DNA of 64,000 nt from the human T2T-CHM13v2.0 reference genome, Homo sapiens. The stretch lies in NCBI RefSeq assembly GCF_009914755.1, contig NC_060933.1; one strand, written 5' to 3'. A program made the position numbers and the translations under genes. Below are positions 27,421 to 40,700 of the stretch, piece by piece; the first letter of the stretch is position 1; each line of letters starts with the position of its first letter. The notes under the pieces are model-generated. The model was not told where the DNA came from, made no database searches, and saw nothing but the letters and a program-made list of their open reading frames with translations.

Positions 27421-30400
27421 CATTCCATTCCATTCCATTCCATTCCATTCCATTCCATTCCATTCCATTCCATTCCTCTCCATTCCATTGCACTCGGGTT
27501 GATTCCATTCCATTGCATTCCATTCCATTCCATTCAATTCCATTCCGTTCCATTCCATTCCATTACATTCGGATTGATTCTCTTCAACTCCCTTACTCTC
27601 CATTACATTCCATTCCATTTGGGTTGTTCCATTCCATTCCATTCCATTCCACTCCATTCCATTGCACTCGGGTTGATTCCATTCCATTCCATTCCATTCC
27701 ATTCCATTCCGGATGATTCCATTCCTTTGCATTCCGTTCCATTACATTCCCCTGCACTCGGGTTGATTCCATTCCATTCCATTCCATTCCATTCAATTCC
27801 ATTCCATTACAATTCGTTCCATTCCATTCTATTCTGTACCATTCCATTCCATTCCATACCATTTCATTCCATTCCATTCCATTCCATTCCGTTCCAATCC
27901 GTTCCATTCCATTCCATTCCATTCTATTCGGGTTAATTCCATTCCATTCCATTCCATTCCATTCCATTCTATTCCATTCCATTGCAATCGAGTTGAATCA
28001 ATTGCATTTCATTCCATTCCATTCCATTCCATTCCATTCCGGAAGATTCCATTCCATTGCATTCCATGCCATTCCATTCCCCTGCACTCGCGTTGATTCC
28101 ATTCCATTCCATTCCATTCCATTCAATCCATTCCGTTCCGTTCCGTTCCATTCCATTCCATTCCATTCCATTCCATTCCGTTCCGTTGCATTCCATTCCA
28201 TTCCATTCTATTCGGGTTAATTCCATTCCATTGCATTCGATTGCAATCGAGTTGATTCCATTCCATTCCATTCCATTCCATTCCATTCCATTCCTTTCCA
28301 TTCCATTACGGATGATTCCATTCCATTGCATTCCATTCCATTCCATTCCCCTGTACTCGGGTTGATTCCCTTCCATTCCATTCCAATCCATGCCATTCCA
28401 CTCGTGTTGATTCCATTCTTTCCATTCCATTCAAGTTGAATCCATTCCATTGCATTCCATTCCATTCCATTACCCTGCAGTCGGGTTGATTCCGTTCCAT
28501 TCCATTCCATTCCATTCCATTCCATTCCGTTACGATCCGTTCCATTCCATTCCATTCCATTCCATTCTATTCGGGTTAATTCCATTCCATTCCATTCCAT
28601 TCCATTCCAATCGAGTTGATTCCATTCCATTCCATTCCATTCCATTCCACTCCATTCGAGTCCTTTCCATTCCATTCCACTCGGGTTGATTCCAATGTAT
28701 TCCTTTCCATTCCATTCCATTCCATTGCAATCGAGTTGATTCCATTGCTTTGCATTCCATTCCATTCCATTCCATTCCGGATGATTCCATTCCATTGCAT
28801 TCCATTCCATTCCATTCCCCTGCACTCGGGTTGATTCCATTCCATTCCACTCCATTCCGTTCCATTCCATTCCATTCCATTCCATTCCATTCCATGACAA
28901 TCGAGTTGATTCCATTCCATTCCATTCCATTCCAGTCCTTTCCATTCCATTCCACTCGGGTTGATTTCATTCTATTAGTTTCCATTCCATTCCATTCCCT
29001 TCCATTCCACTCTGGTTGATACCATTCCTTTCCATTCCACTCGAATACATTCCCTCCTATTCCACTCGGAACGATTCCATTCCATTCCATTCCATTCCAT
29101 TCCATTCCATTCCATTTCGTTCCATTCCATTCTATTCCGTATCATTCCATTGCATTCCGTTCCATTCCATTGTACTCAGGTTGATTCAATTCCATTGCAT
29201 TCCATTCCATTCCATTCCATTCCATTCCGTTGCATTCCATTCCATTACATTCGGATTGATTCTATTCAACTCCCTTACTCTCCATTACATTCCACTGCAT
29301 TCGGGTTGTTCCATTCCATTCCATTCCATTCCACTCCATTCCATTGCACTCGGGGTGATTCCATTCCATTCCATTCCATTCCATTCCATTCCATTCCGGA
29401 TGATTCCATTCCATTGAATTCCGTTCCATTACATTCCCCTGCACTCGCGTTGATTCCATTCCATTCCATTCCATTCCATTCAATTCCATTCCATTACAAT
29501 TCGTTCCATTCCATTCTATTCCGTACCATTCCATTCCATTCCATAGCATTCCATTCCATTCCATTCCATTCCATTCCGTTCCATTCCGTTCCATTCCATT
29601 CCATTCCATTCTATTCGGATTAATTCCATTCCATTCCATTCCATTCCATTCTATTCGGATTAATTCCATTCCATTCCATTGCATTCCATTCCATTCCATT
29701 CCGGATGATTCCATTCCATTGCATTCCATTCTATTCCATTCATCTGCACTCGGGTTGATTCCATTCCATTCCATTCCATTACATTCCGTTCCATTCCATT
29801 CCATTCCATTCGGATTGATTCTATTCAATTCCCTTAAACTCCATTACATTTCATTCCATTCGGGTAGTTTCCATTCCATTCCATTCCATTCCTCTCCATT
29901 CCATTGCACTCGGGTTGATTCCATTCCATTCCATTCCATTACATTACATTCCATTCCATTCCGTTCCATTGTACTCTGGTTGATTCCATTCCATTGCATT
30001 CCATTCCCTTCCATTCCATTCCATTCCATTCCGTTCCATTCCATTACATTCGGATTGATTCTATTCAACTCCCTTACTCTCCATTACATTCCATTCCATT
30101 TGGGTTGTTCCATTCCATTCCATTCCATTCCACTCCATTCCATTGCACTCGGCTTGATTCCATTCCATTCCATTCCATTCCATTCCATTCCATTCCATTC
30201 CATTCCATTCCGGATGATTCCATTCCATTTCATTCCGTTCCATTACATACCCCTGCACTCGGGTTGATTCCATTCCATTCCATTCGATTCCATTCCATTC
30301 CAATTATTTCCATTCCATTCTATTCCGTACCTTGCCATTCCATTCCATACAATTCCATTCCATTCCTTTCCACTCCTTTCCGTTCCGTTCCGTTCCGTTC

Positions 30401-31746
30401 CGTTCCATTCCATTCCATTCCATTCCATTCTATTCCGTTTAATTCCATTCCATTCCATTCCATTCCATTCCATTCTATTCCATTCCATTGCAATCGAGTT
30501 GAATCCATTGCATTCCATTCCATTCCATTCCATTCCGGAAGATTCCATTCCATTGCATTCCATTCCATTCCATTCCATTCCATTCCATTCCATTGCATTG
30601 TACTCGGGTTGATTCCATTCCATTGCATTCCATTCCATTCCATTCCATTCCATTCGGATTGATTCTTTTCAACTCCCTTACTCTCCACTACATTCCATTC
30701 CATTCGGGTTGTTCCATTCCATTCCATTCCATTCCACTCCATTCCATTGCACTCGGGTGGATTCCATTCCATTCCTTTCCATTCCATTCCGGATGATTCC
30801 ATTGCATTGCATTCCATTCCATTACATTCCCCTGCACTCGGGTTTATTCCATTCCATTCCATTCCATTCCATTCGATTCCATTCCATTCCCCTGAACTCG
30901 CGTTGATTCCATTCCATTCCATTCCATTCCATTCCATTCCATTCCTTTCCATTCCAGTCCTTTCCATTCCATTCCACTCGGGTTGATTCTATTCTATTAG
31001 TTTCCATTCCATTCCATTCCCTTCCATTCTACTCGGGTTGATTCCATTCCATTCCATGCCACTCCATTCGGTTCCGTTGCATTCCATTCTATTGCATTCC
31101 ATTCTATTCGGGTTAATTCCATTCCATTCTATTCCATTCCATTCCATTCCATTCCATTGCAATGGAGTTGATTCCATTCCATTCCATTCCATTCCGGATG
31201 ATTCCATTCCATTGCATTCCATTCCATTCCATTCCCCTGCACTCGTGTTGATTGCATTCCCTTCCATTCCATTCCATTCCGTTCCATTCCATTCCATTCC
31301 ATTCTATTCCTGTTAATTCCATTCCATTCCATTCCATTCCATTCCATTGCAATCGAGTTGATTCCACTCCATTCCTTTCCATTCCATTCCATTGCCTTGC
31401 ATTCCACTCGGGTTGACTCCATTCCCTTCTTTCCACTCCAATAGATTCCCTTCCATTCCACTCGGAATGATTGATTCCATTCCATTCCATTCCGTTTCAT
31501 TCCATTGCCATCCATTCCAATCCATTCCATTCCATTCCATTACACACGAGTTGACTTCATTCCATTTCTTTCCATTCCATTCCATTCCTTTCCACTCGAG
31601 TTGATTCCATTCCATTCCATTCCATTGCATTCCATTCCATTCCTTTCCCCTGCACTCGGGTTGATTCCATTCCATTCCATTCCATTTAATTCCATTCCAT
31701 TCCATTCCATTCCATTCCAATCCGTTCCATTCCATTCCTTTCTATT

Positions 31747-34700
31747 CCATTGCAATCGACTTGATTCCATTCCATTCCATTCCATTCCATTCCATTCCAT
31801 TCCATCCCATTCCATTCCATTCCATTTTGCTCCAATCCATTCTATTCCGAACCATTCCATTCCATTCCATTCCATTCCATTCCCTTCCATTCCATTCCAT
31901 TTTGTTCCAATCCATTCTATTCCGAACCATTCCATTCCATTCCATTCCATTCCATTCCATTCCATTCCATGCCATTCCACTCGGGTTGATTCCATTCCTT
32001 TCCATTCCATTCCTCTCCATTCCATTGCACTCGGGTGGATTCCATTCCATTGCATTCCATTCCATTCCATTCAGTTCCATTCCATTCCATTCCATTCCGT
32101 TCCATTCCTTTCCATTACATTCGGATTGATTCTATTCAATTCCCTTACACTCCAATACATTCCATTCCATTCGGGTAGTTTCTACTCCATTCCATTCCAT
32201 TCCTCTCCATTCCATTGCACTTGGGTTGATTCCATTCCATTGCATTCCATTCCATTCCATTCAATTCCATTCCGTTCCATTCCATTCCATTACATTCGGA
32301 TTGATTCTATTCAACTCCCTTACTCTCCATTACATTCGATTCCATTCGGGTTGTTCCATTCCATTCCATTCCATTCCACTCCATTCCATTGCATTCGGGT
32401 TGATTCCATTCCATTCCATTCCATTCCATTCCGGAAGATTCCGTTCCATTGCATTCCATTACATTCCATTCCCCTGCACTCGCCTTGATTCCATTCCATT
32501 CCATTCCATTCCATTCCATTCCGTTCCATTCCATTCCATTCCATTCCATTCCGTTCCGTTCCATTCCATTCCATTCCATTCTATTCGGGTTAATTCCATT
32601 GCATTCCATTCTATTGCAATCGTGTTTATTCCATTCCATTCCATTATATTCCATTCCATTCCTTTCCATTCCATTACGGATGATTCCATTCCATTGCATT
32701 CCATTCCATTCCATTCCCCTGTACTCGGGTTGATTCCATTCCATTGCATTCCAATCCATGCCCTTCCACTCGTGTTGATTCCATTCTTTCCATTCCATTC
32801 AGGTTGAATCCATTCCATTGCATTCCATTCCATTCGATTCCATTCGATTGCACTCGGGTTGATTCCATTCCATTGCATTCCATTCCGTTCAATTCCGTTC
32901 CATTCCATTCCATTCCCTTCCATTCCATTCCATTACATTCGGATTGATTCTATTCAATTCCCTTAGACTCCATTACATTACATTCCATTCGGGTAGTTTC
33001 CATTCCATTCCATTCCATTCCTCTCCATTCCATTGCACTCGGGTTGATTCCACTCCATTGCATTCCATTCCGTTCCATTCAATTCCATTCCGTTCCATTC
33101 CATTCCATTACATTCGGATTGATTCTATTCAACTCCCTTATTATCCGTTACATTCCATTCCATTCGGGTTGTTCCATTCCATTCCATTCCATTCCACTCC
33201 ATTCCATTGCACTCGGGTTTATTCCATTCCATTCCATTCCATTCCATTCCATTCCATTACGGAAGATTCCATTCCATTGCATTCCATTCCATTCCATTCC
33301 CCTGCACTCGCGTTGATTCCATTGCTTTCCATTCCATTCCATTCCGTTCCATTCCATTCCTTTCCGTTCCATTCCATTCCATTCCATTCCATTCCATTCC
33401 TTTCCGTTCCGTTCCGTTCCATTCCATTCCATTCCATTCCATTCTATTCGGGTTAATTCCATTCCATTCCATTCCATTACATTCAATTCCATTGCATTCC
33501 AATCGAGTTGATTCCATTCCATTCCATTCCATTCCACTCCATTCCAGTCCTTTCCATTCCATTCCACTCGGGTTGATTCCAATGTATTCCTTTCCATTCC
33601 ATTCCATTCCATTGCAATCGAGTTGATTCCATTGCTTTGCATTCCTTTCCATTCCATTCCATTCCGAATGATTCTATTCCATTGCATTCCATTCCATTCC
33701 ATTCCCCTGCACTCGGGTTGATTCCATTCCATTCCACTCCATTCCGTTCCATTCCATTCCATTCCATTGTATTCGGGTTAATTCCATTCCATTCCATTCC
33801 ATTCCATTCCATTCCATTCCATCACAATCGAGTTGTTTCCATTCCATTCCATTCCATTCCATTCCATTCCATTCCATTCCGGATGATTCCATTCCATTAC
33901 ATTCCGTTCCATTACATTCCCCTTCCCTCGGGTTGATTCCATTCCATTCCAATCCATTCCATTCGATTCCATTCCATTCCAATTCTTTCCATTCCATTCT
34001 ATTCCGTACCATTCCATTCCATTCCATACCATTCCATTCCATTCCATTCCATTCCATTCCATTCCGTTCCGTTCCGTTCCGTTCCGTTCCATTCCATTCC
34101 ATTCCATTTTATTCGGGTTAATTCCATTCCATTCCATTCCATTCCATTCTATTCCATTCCATTGCAATCGAGTTGAATCCATTGCATTCAATTCCATTCC
34201 ATTCCATTCCATTGCAATCGAGTTGAATCCATTGCATTCCATTCCATTCCATTCCGGAAGATTCCATTCCATTGCATTCCATTCCATTCCATTCCCCTGA
34301 ACTCGCGTTGACTCCATTCCATTCCATTCCATTCCGTTCCGTTCCGTTCCGTTCCGTTCCATTCCATTCCATTCCGTTCCGTTCCGTTCCATTCCATTCC
34401 ATTCTATTCGGGTTAATTCCATTCCATTCCATTCGATTGCAATCGAGTTGATTCCATTCCATTCCATTCCATTGCATTCCATTCCATTCCATTCCTTTCC
34501 ATTCCATTACGGATGATTCCATTCCACTGCATTACATTCCTTTCCATTCCCGTGTACTCGGGTTGATTCCATTCCATTCCATTCCATTCCATTCCATTCT
34601 ATTCCATTCCATTCCATTCCATTCCGGAAGATTCCATTCCATTGCATTCCATTCCATTCCATTCCCCTGCACTCGCGTTGATTCCATTCCATTCCATTCC

Positions 34701-37700
34701 ATTCCATTCCATTTCGATCCGTTCCATTCCATTCCATTCCATTCCATTCCGTTCCGTTACATTCCATTCCATTCCATTCCATTCTATTCGGGTTAATTCC
34801 ATTCCATTCCATTCGATTGCAATCGAGTTGATTCCATTCCATTCCATTCCAATCCATGCCATTCCACTCGTTATGATTCCATTCTTTCCATTCCATTCAA
34901 GTTGAATCCATTCCATTGCATTCCATTCCATTCGATTCCATTCGATTGCACTCGGGTTGATTTCATGGCATTGCATTCCATTCCATTCCATTCCATTCCA
35001 TTCCATTCCATTCCTTTCCATTCGGATTCATTCTATTCAATTCCCTTACACTCCATTACATTCCATTCCATTCGTGTAGTTTCCATTCCATTCCATTCCA
35101 TTCCTCTCCATTCCAATGCACTCGGGTTGATTCCATTCCATTCCATTCCATTCCATTCCATTCCATTCCGGATGATTCCATTCCATTGAATTCCATTGCA
35201 TTCCATTCCCCTGCACTTGGGTTGATTCCAATCCATTCCATTCCATTCCTTTCTTTTCCATTCCATTCCATTCCATTCCATTCTTTCGTGTTAATTCCAT
35301 TCCATTCTATTCCATTCCATTCCATTGAAATCGACTTGATTCCATTTCATTCCATTCCATTCCGGATGTTTCCATTCCATTGCATTCCATTCCATTCCAT
35401 TCCACTGCACTCGGGTTGATTCCATTCAATTCCATTCCATTACATTCCATTCCATTCCGTTCCATTTCATTCTATTCGGGTTAATTCCATTCCATTCCAT
35501 TCCACTCCATTCCTGTCCTTTCCATTCCATTCCACTCGGGTTGATTCCATTCTATTCCTTTCAATTCCATTCCATTCCATTGCAATCGAGTTGATTCCAT
35601 TCCAGTTGAATCCATTCCATTCCATTCCATTCCATTCCATTCCATTCCATTGCACACGGGTTCATTCCATTCCATTCCATTCCATTCCATTCCATATCAT
35701 TCCATTCCATTCTATTCCGTACCATTCCATTCCATCCCATTCCATTCCGTTCCATTCCATGCCATTACACTCGGGTTGATTCCATTCCTTTCCATTCCAT
35801 TCTTGTTGAATCCATTCCATTCCATTCCATTCCATTCGAATCCATTCCACTGCACTCAGGTTGATTCCATTCCATTCCATTCCATTCCATTTCATTCCAT
35901 TCCATTCCATTACATTCGGATTGATTCTATTCAATTCCCTTACACTCCATTACATTCCGTTACATTCGGGATGTTTCCATTCCATTCCATTCTATTCCAC
36001 TCCATTCCATTGCATCAGGTTGATTGCATTCCATTCCATTCCATTCCATTCCGGATGATTCCATTCCATTGCATTCCATTCCATTCCATTTCCCTGCACT
36101 CGGGTTGATTCCATTCCATTCCATTCCATTCCATTCCATTCCATTCCATTCCGTTCCATTCCATTCCATTCCATTCTATTCCGGTTAATTCCATTCCATT
36201 CCATTTTATTCCATTCCATTCCATTCCATTCCATTGCAATCGAGTTGATTCCATTCCATTCCATTCCATTCCGTTCCGGATGATTCCATTCCATTCCATT
36301 CCATTTCATTCCATTCCCCTGCAGTCGGGTTGATTCCATTCCATTCCATTCCATTCCATTCCGTTCCATTCCATTCCATTCTATTCTATTCGGGTTAATT
36401 CCATTCCTTTCCATTCCATTCTATTCCATTCCATTCCAATCCAGTTGATTCCATTCCATTCCACTCCATTCCATTCCACTCCATTCCAGTCCTTTCCATT
36501 CCATTACCCTCGGGTTGATTCCATTCTATTCCTTTCCATTCCATTCCATTCCATTGCAATCGAGTTGATCCCATTGCTTTGCATTCCATTCCATTCCATT
36601 CCATTCCGGATGATTCCATTCCATTGCATTCCATTCCATTCCATTCCCCTGCACTCGGGTTGATTCCATTCGGTTCCACTCCATTCCGTTCCATTCCGTT
36701 CCATTCCATTGTATTCGGGTTAATTCCATTCCATTCCATTCCATTCCATTCCATTACAATCGAGTTGATTCCATGCCATTCCATTCCATTCCAGTCCTTT
36801 CCATTCCATTCCACTCGGGTTGATTCCATTCTATTAGTTTCCATTCCATTCCATTCCCTTCCATTCCACTCTGGTTGATTCCATTCCTTTCCATTCCACT
36901 CGAATACATTCCCTCCTATTCCACTCGGAACGATTCCATTCCATTCCATTCCATTCCATTCCATTCCATTCCATTCCATTCCAGTTCGTTCCATTCCATT
37001 CTATTCCGTACCATTCCATTCTATTCCATTCCTTTCCATTCCATTCCTTTCCACTCGTATTGATTCCATTCCTTTCCATTCCATTCGGTTTTAAGGCATT
37101 CCATTCCATTCCATTCCATTCCATTCCATTCCATTCCATTCCATTCCATTGCATTCTATTCCATTCCATTGCAATCGAGTTTAATCCATTGCCTTTCATG
37201 CCATTCCATTCCATTCCATTCCATTCCGGAAGATTCCATTCCATTCCATTCCATTCCATTCCATTCCGTTCCGTTCCATACCATTCCATTCCATTCCATT
37301 CCGTTCCGTTCCATTCCATTCCATTCCATTCTATTCGGGTTAATTCCATTCCATTCCATTCGATTGCCATCGAGTTGATTCCATTCCATTCCATTCCATT
37401 CCATTCCATTCCATTCCATTCCTTTCCATTCCATTACGGATGACTCCATTCCATTGCATTCCATTCCATTCCATTCCCCTTTACTCGGGTTGATTCCATT
37501 CCATTCCATTCTACTCCATTCGGTTCCGTTGCATTCTATTCTATTGCATTCCATACTATTTGGGTTAATTCCATTCCATTCTATTCCATTCCATTCCATT
37601 GCAATGGAGTTGATTCCATTCCATTCCATTCCATTCCGGATGATTCCATTCGATTGCATTCCATTCCATTCCATTCCCCTGCACTCGTGTTGATTCCATT

Positions 37701-37783
37701 CCCTTCCATTCCATTCCATTCCATTCCATTCTATTCCGATTAATTCCATTCCATTCCATTCCATTCCATTCCATTGCAATCGA
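31747..37783 (+). repeat. Copy 1 of a recent approx. 6.0 kb tandem duplication within the satellite
   Basis: ORF-track translations are identical at a 6029-bp offset (32226/38255, 32944/38973, 33148/39177, 35650/41679). The offset drifts to 6024 (36445/42469) and 6004 (37454/43458). Private variants such as TTTTGCTCCAATCC, CCCTTATTATCCG, TTTCATGGCA and CGGTTTTAAGGC are shared by both copies. Confidence 0.95.
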
Positions 37784-40700
37784 CTTGATTCCATTCCATT
37801 CCATTCCATTCCATTCCATTCCATTCCATCCCATTCCATTCCATTCCATTTTGCTCCAATCCATTCTATTCCGAACCATTCCATTCCATTCCATTCCATT
37901 CCATTCCATTCCCTTCCATTCCATTCCATTTTGTTCCAATCCATTCTATTCCGAACCATTCCATTCCATTCCATTCCATTCCATTCCATTCCATTCCATG
38001 CCATTCCACTCGGGTTGATTCCATTCCTTTCCATTCCATTCCTCTCCATTCCATTGCACTCGGGTGGATTCCATTCCATTGCATTCCATTCCATTCCATT
38101 CAGTTCCATTCCATTCCATTCCATTCCGTTCCATTCCTTTCCATTACATTCGGATTGATTCTATTCAATTCCCTTACACTCCAATACATTCCATTCCATT
38201 CGGGTAGTTTCTACTCCATTCCATTCCATTCCTCTCCATTCCATTGCACTTGGGTTGATTCCATTCCATTGCATTCCATTCCATTCCATTCAATTCCATT
38301 CCGTTCCATTCCATTCCATTACATTCGGATTGATTCTATTCAACTCCCTTACTCTCCATTACATTCGATTCCATTCGGGTTGTTCCATTCCATTCCATTC
38401 CATTCCACTCCATTCCATTGCATTCGGGTTGATTCCATTCCATTCCATTCCATTCCATTCCGGAAGATTCCGTTCCATTGCATTCCATTACATTCCATTC
38501 CCCTGCACTCGCCTTGATTCCATTCCATTCCATTCCATTCCATTCCATTCCGTTCCATTCCATTCCATTCCATTCCATTCCGTTCCGTTCCATTCCATTC
38601 CATTCCATTCTATTCGGGTTAATTCCATTGCATTCCATTCTATTGCAATCGTGTTTATTCCATTCCATTCCATTATATTCCATTCCATTCCTTTCCATTC
38701 CATTACGGATGATTCCATTCCATTGCATTCCATTCCATTCCATTCCCCTGTACTCGGGTTGATTCCATTCCATTGCATTCCAATCCATGCCCTTCCACTC
38801 GTGTTGATTCCATTCTTTCCATTCCATTCAGGTTGAATCCATTCCATTGCATTCCATTCCATTCGATTCCATTCGATTGCACTCGGGTTGATTCCATTCC
38901 ATTGCATTCCATTCCGTTCAATTCCGTTCCATTCCATTCCATTCCCTTCCATTCCATTCCATTACATTCGGATTGATTCTATTCAATTCCCTTAGACTCC
39001 ATTACATTACATTCCATTCGGGTAGTTTCCATTCCATTCCATTCCATTCCTCTCCATTCCATTGCACTCGGGTTGATTCCACTCCATTGCATTCCATTCC
39101 GTTCCATTCAATTCCATTCCGTTCCATTCCATTCCATTACATTCGGATTGATTCTATTCAACTCCCTTATTATCCGTTACATTCCATTCCATTCGGGTTG
39201 TTCCATTCCATTCCATTCCATTCCACTCCATTCCATTGCACTCGGGTTTATTCCATTCCATTCCATTCCATTCCATTCCATTCCATTACGGAAGATTCCA
39301 TTCCATTGCATTCCATTCCATTCCATTCCCCTGCACTCGCGTTGATTCCATTGCTTTCCATTCCATTCCATTCCGTTCCATTCCATTCCTTTCCGTTCCA
39401 TTCCATTCCATTCCATTCCATTCCATTCCTTTCCGTTCCGTTCCGTTCCATTCCATTCCATTCCATTCCATTCTATTCGGGTTAATTCCATTCCATTCCA
39501 TTCCATTACATTCAATTCCATTGCATTCCAATCGAGTTGATTCCATTCCATTCCATTCCATTCCACTCCATTCCAGTCCTTTCCATTCCATTCCACTCGG
39601 GTTGATTCCAATGTATTCCTTTCCATTCCATTCCATTCCATTGCAATCGAGTTGATTCCATTGCTTTGCATTCCTTTCCATTCCATTCCATTCCGAATGA
39701 TTCTATTCCATTGCATTCCATTCCATTCCATTCCCCTGCACTCGGGTTGATTCCATTCCATTCCACTCCATTCCGTTCCATTCCATTCCATTCCATTGTA
39801 TTCGGGTTAATTCCATTCCATTCCATTCCATTCCATTCCATTCCATTCCATCACAATCGAGTTGTTTCCATTCCATTCCATTCCATTCCATTCCATTCCA
39901 TTCCATTCCGGATGATTCCATTCCATTACATTCCGTTCCATTACATTCCCCTTCCCTCGGGTTGATTCCATTCCATTCCAATCCATTCCATTCGATTCCA
40001 TTCCATTCCAATTCTTTCCATTCCATTCTATTCCGTACCATTCCATTCCATTCCATACCATTCCATTCCATTCCATTCCATTCCATTCCGTTCCGTTCCG
40101 TTCCGTTCCGTTCCATTCCATTCCATTCCATTTTATTCGGGTTAATTCCATTCCATTCCATTCCATTCCATTCTATTCCATTCCATTGCAATCGAGTTGA
40201 ATCCATTGCATTCAATTCCATTCCATTCCATTCCATTGCAATCGAGTTGAATCCATTGCATTCCATTCCATTCCATTCCGGAAGATTCCATTCCATTGCA
40301 TTCCATTCCATTCCATTCCCCTGAACTCGCGTTGACTCCATTCCATTCCATTCCATTCCGTTCCGTTCCGTTCCGTTCCGTTCCATTCCATTCCATTCCA
40401 TTCCGTTCCGTTCCGTTCCATTCCATTCCATTCTATTCGGGTTAATTCCATTCCATTCCATTCGATTGCAATCGAGTTGATTCCATTCCATTCCATTCCA
40501 TTGCATTCCATTCCATTCCATTCCTTTCCATTCCATTACGGATGATTCCATTCCACTGCATTACATTCCTTTCCATTCCCGTGTACTCGGGTTGATTCCA
40601 TTCCATTCCATTCCATTCCATTCCATTCTCTTCCATTCCATTCCATTCCATTCCGGAAGATTCCATTCCATTGCATTCCATTCCATTCCATTCCCCTGCA

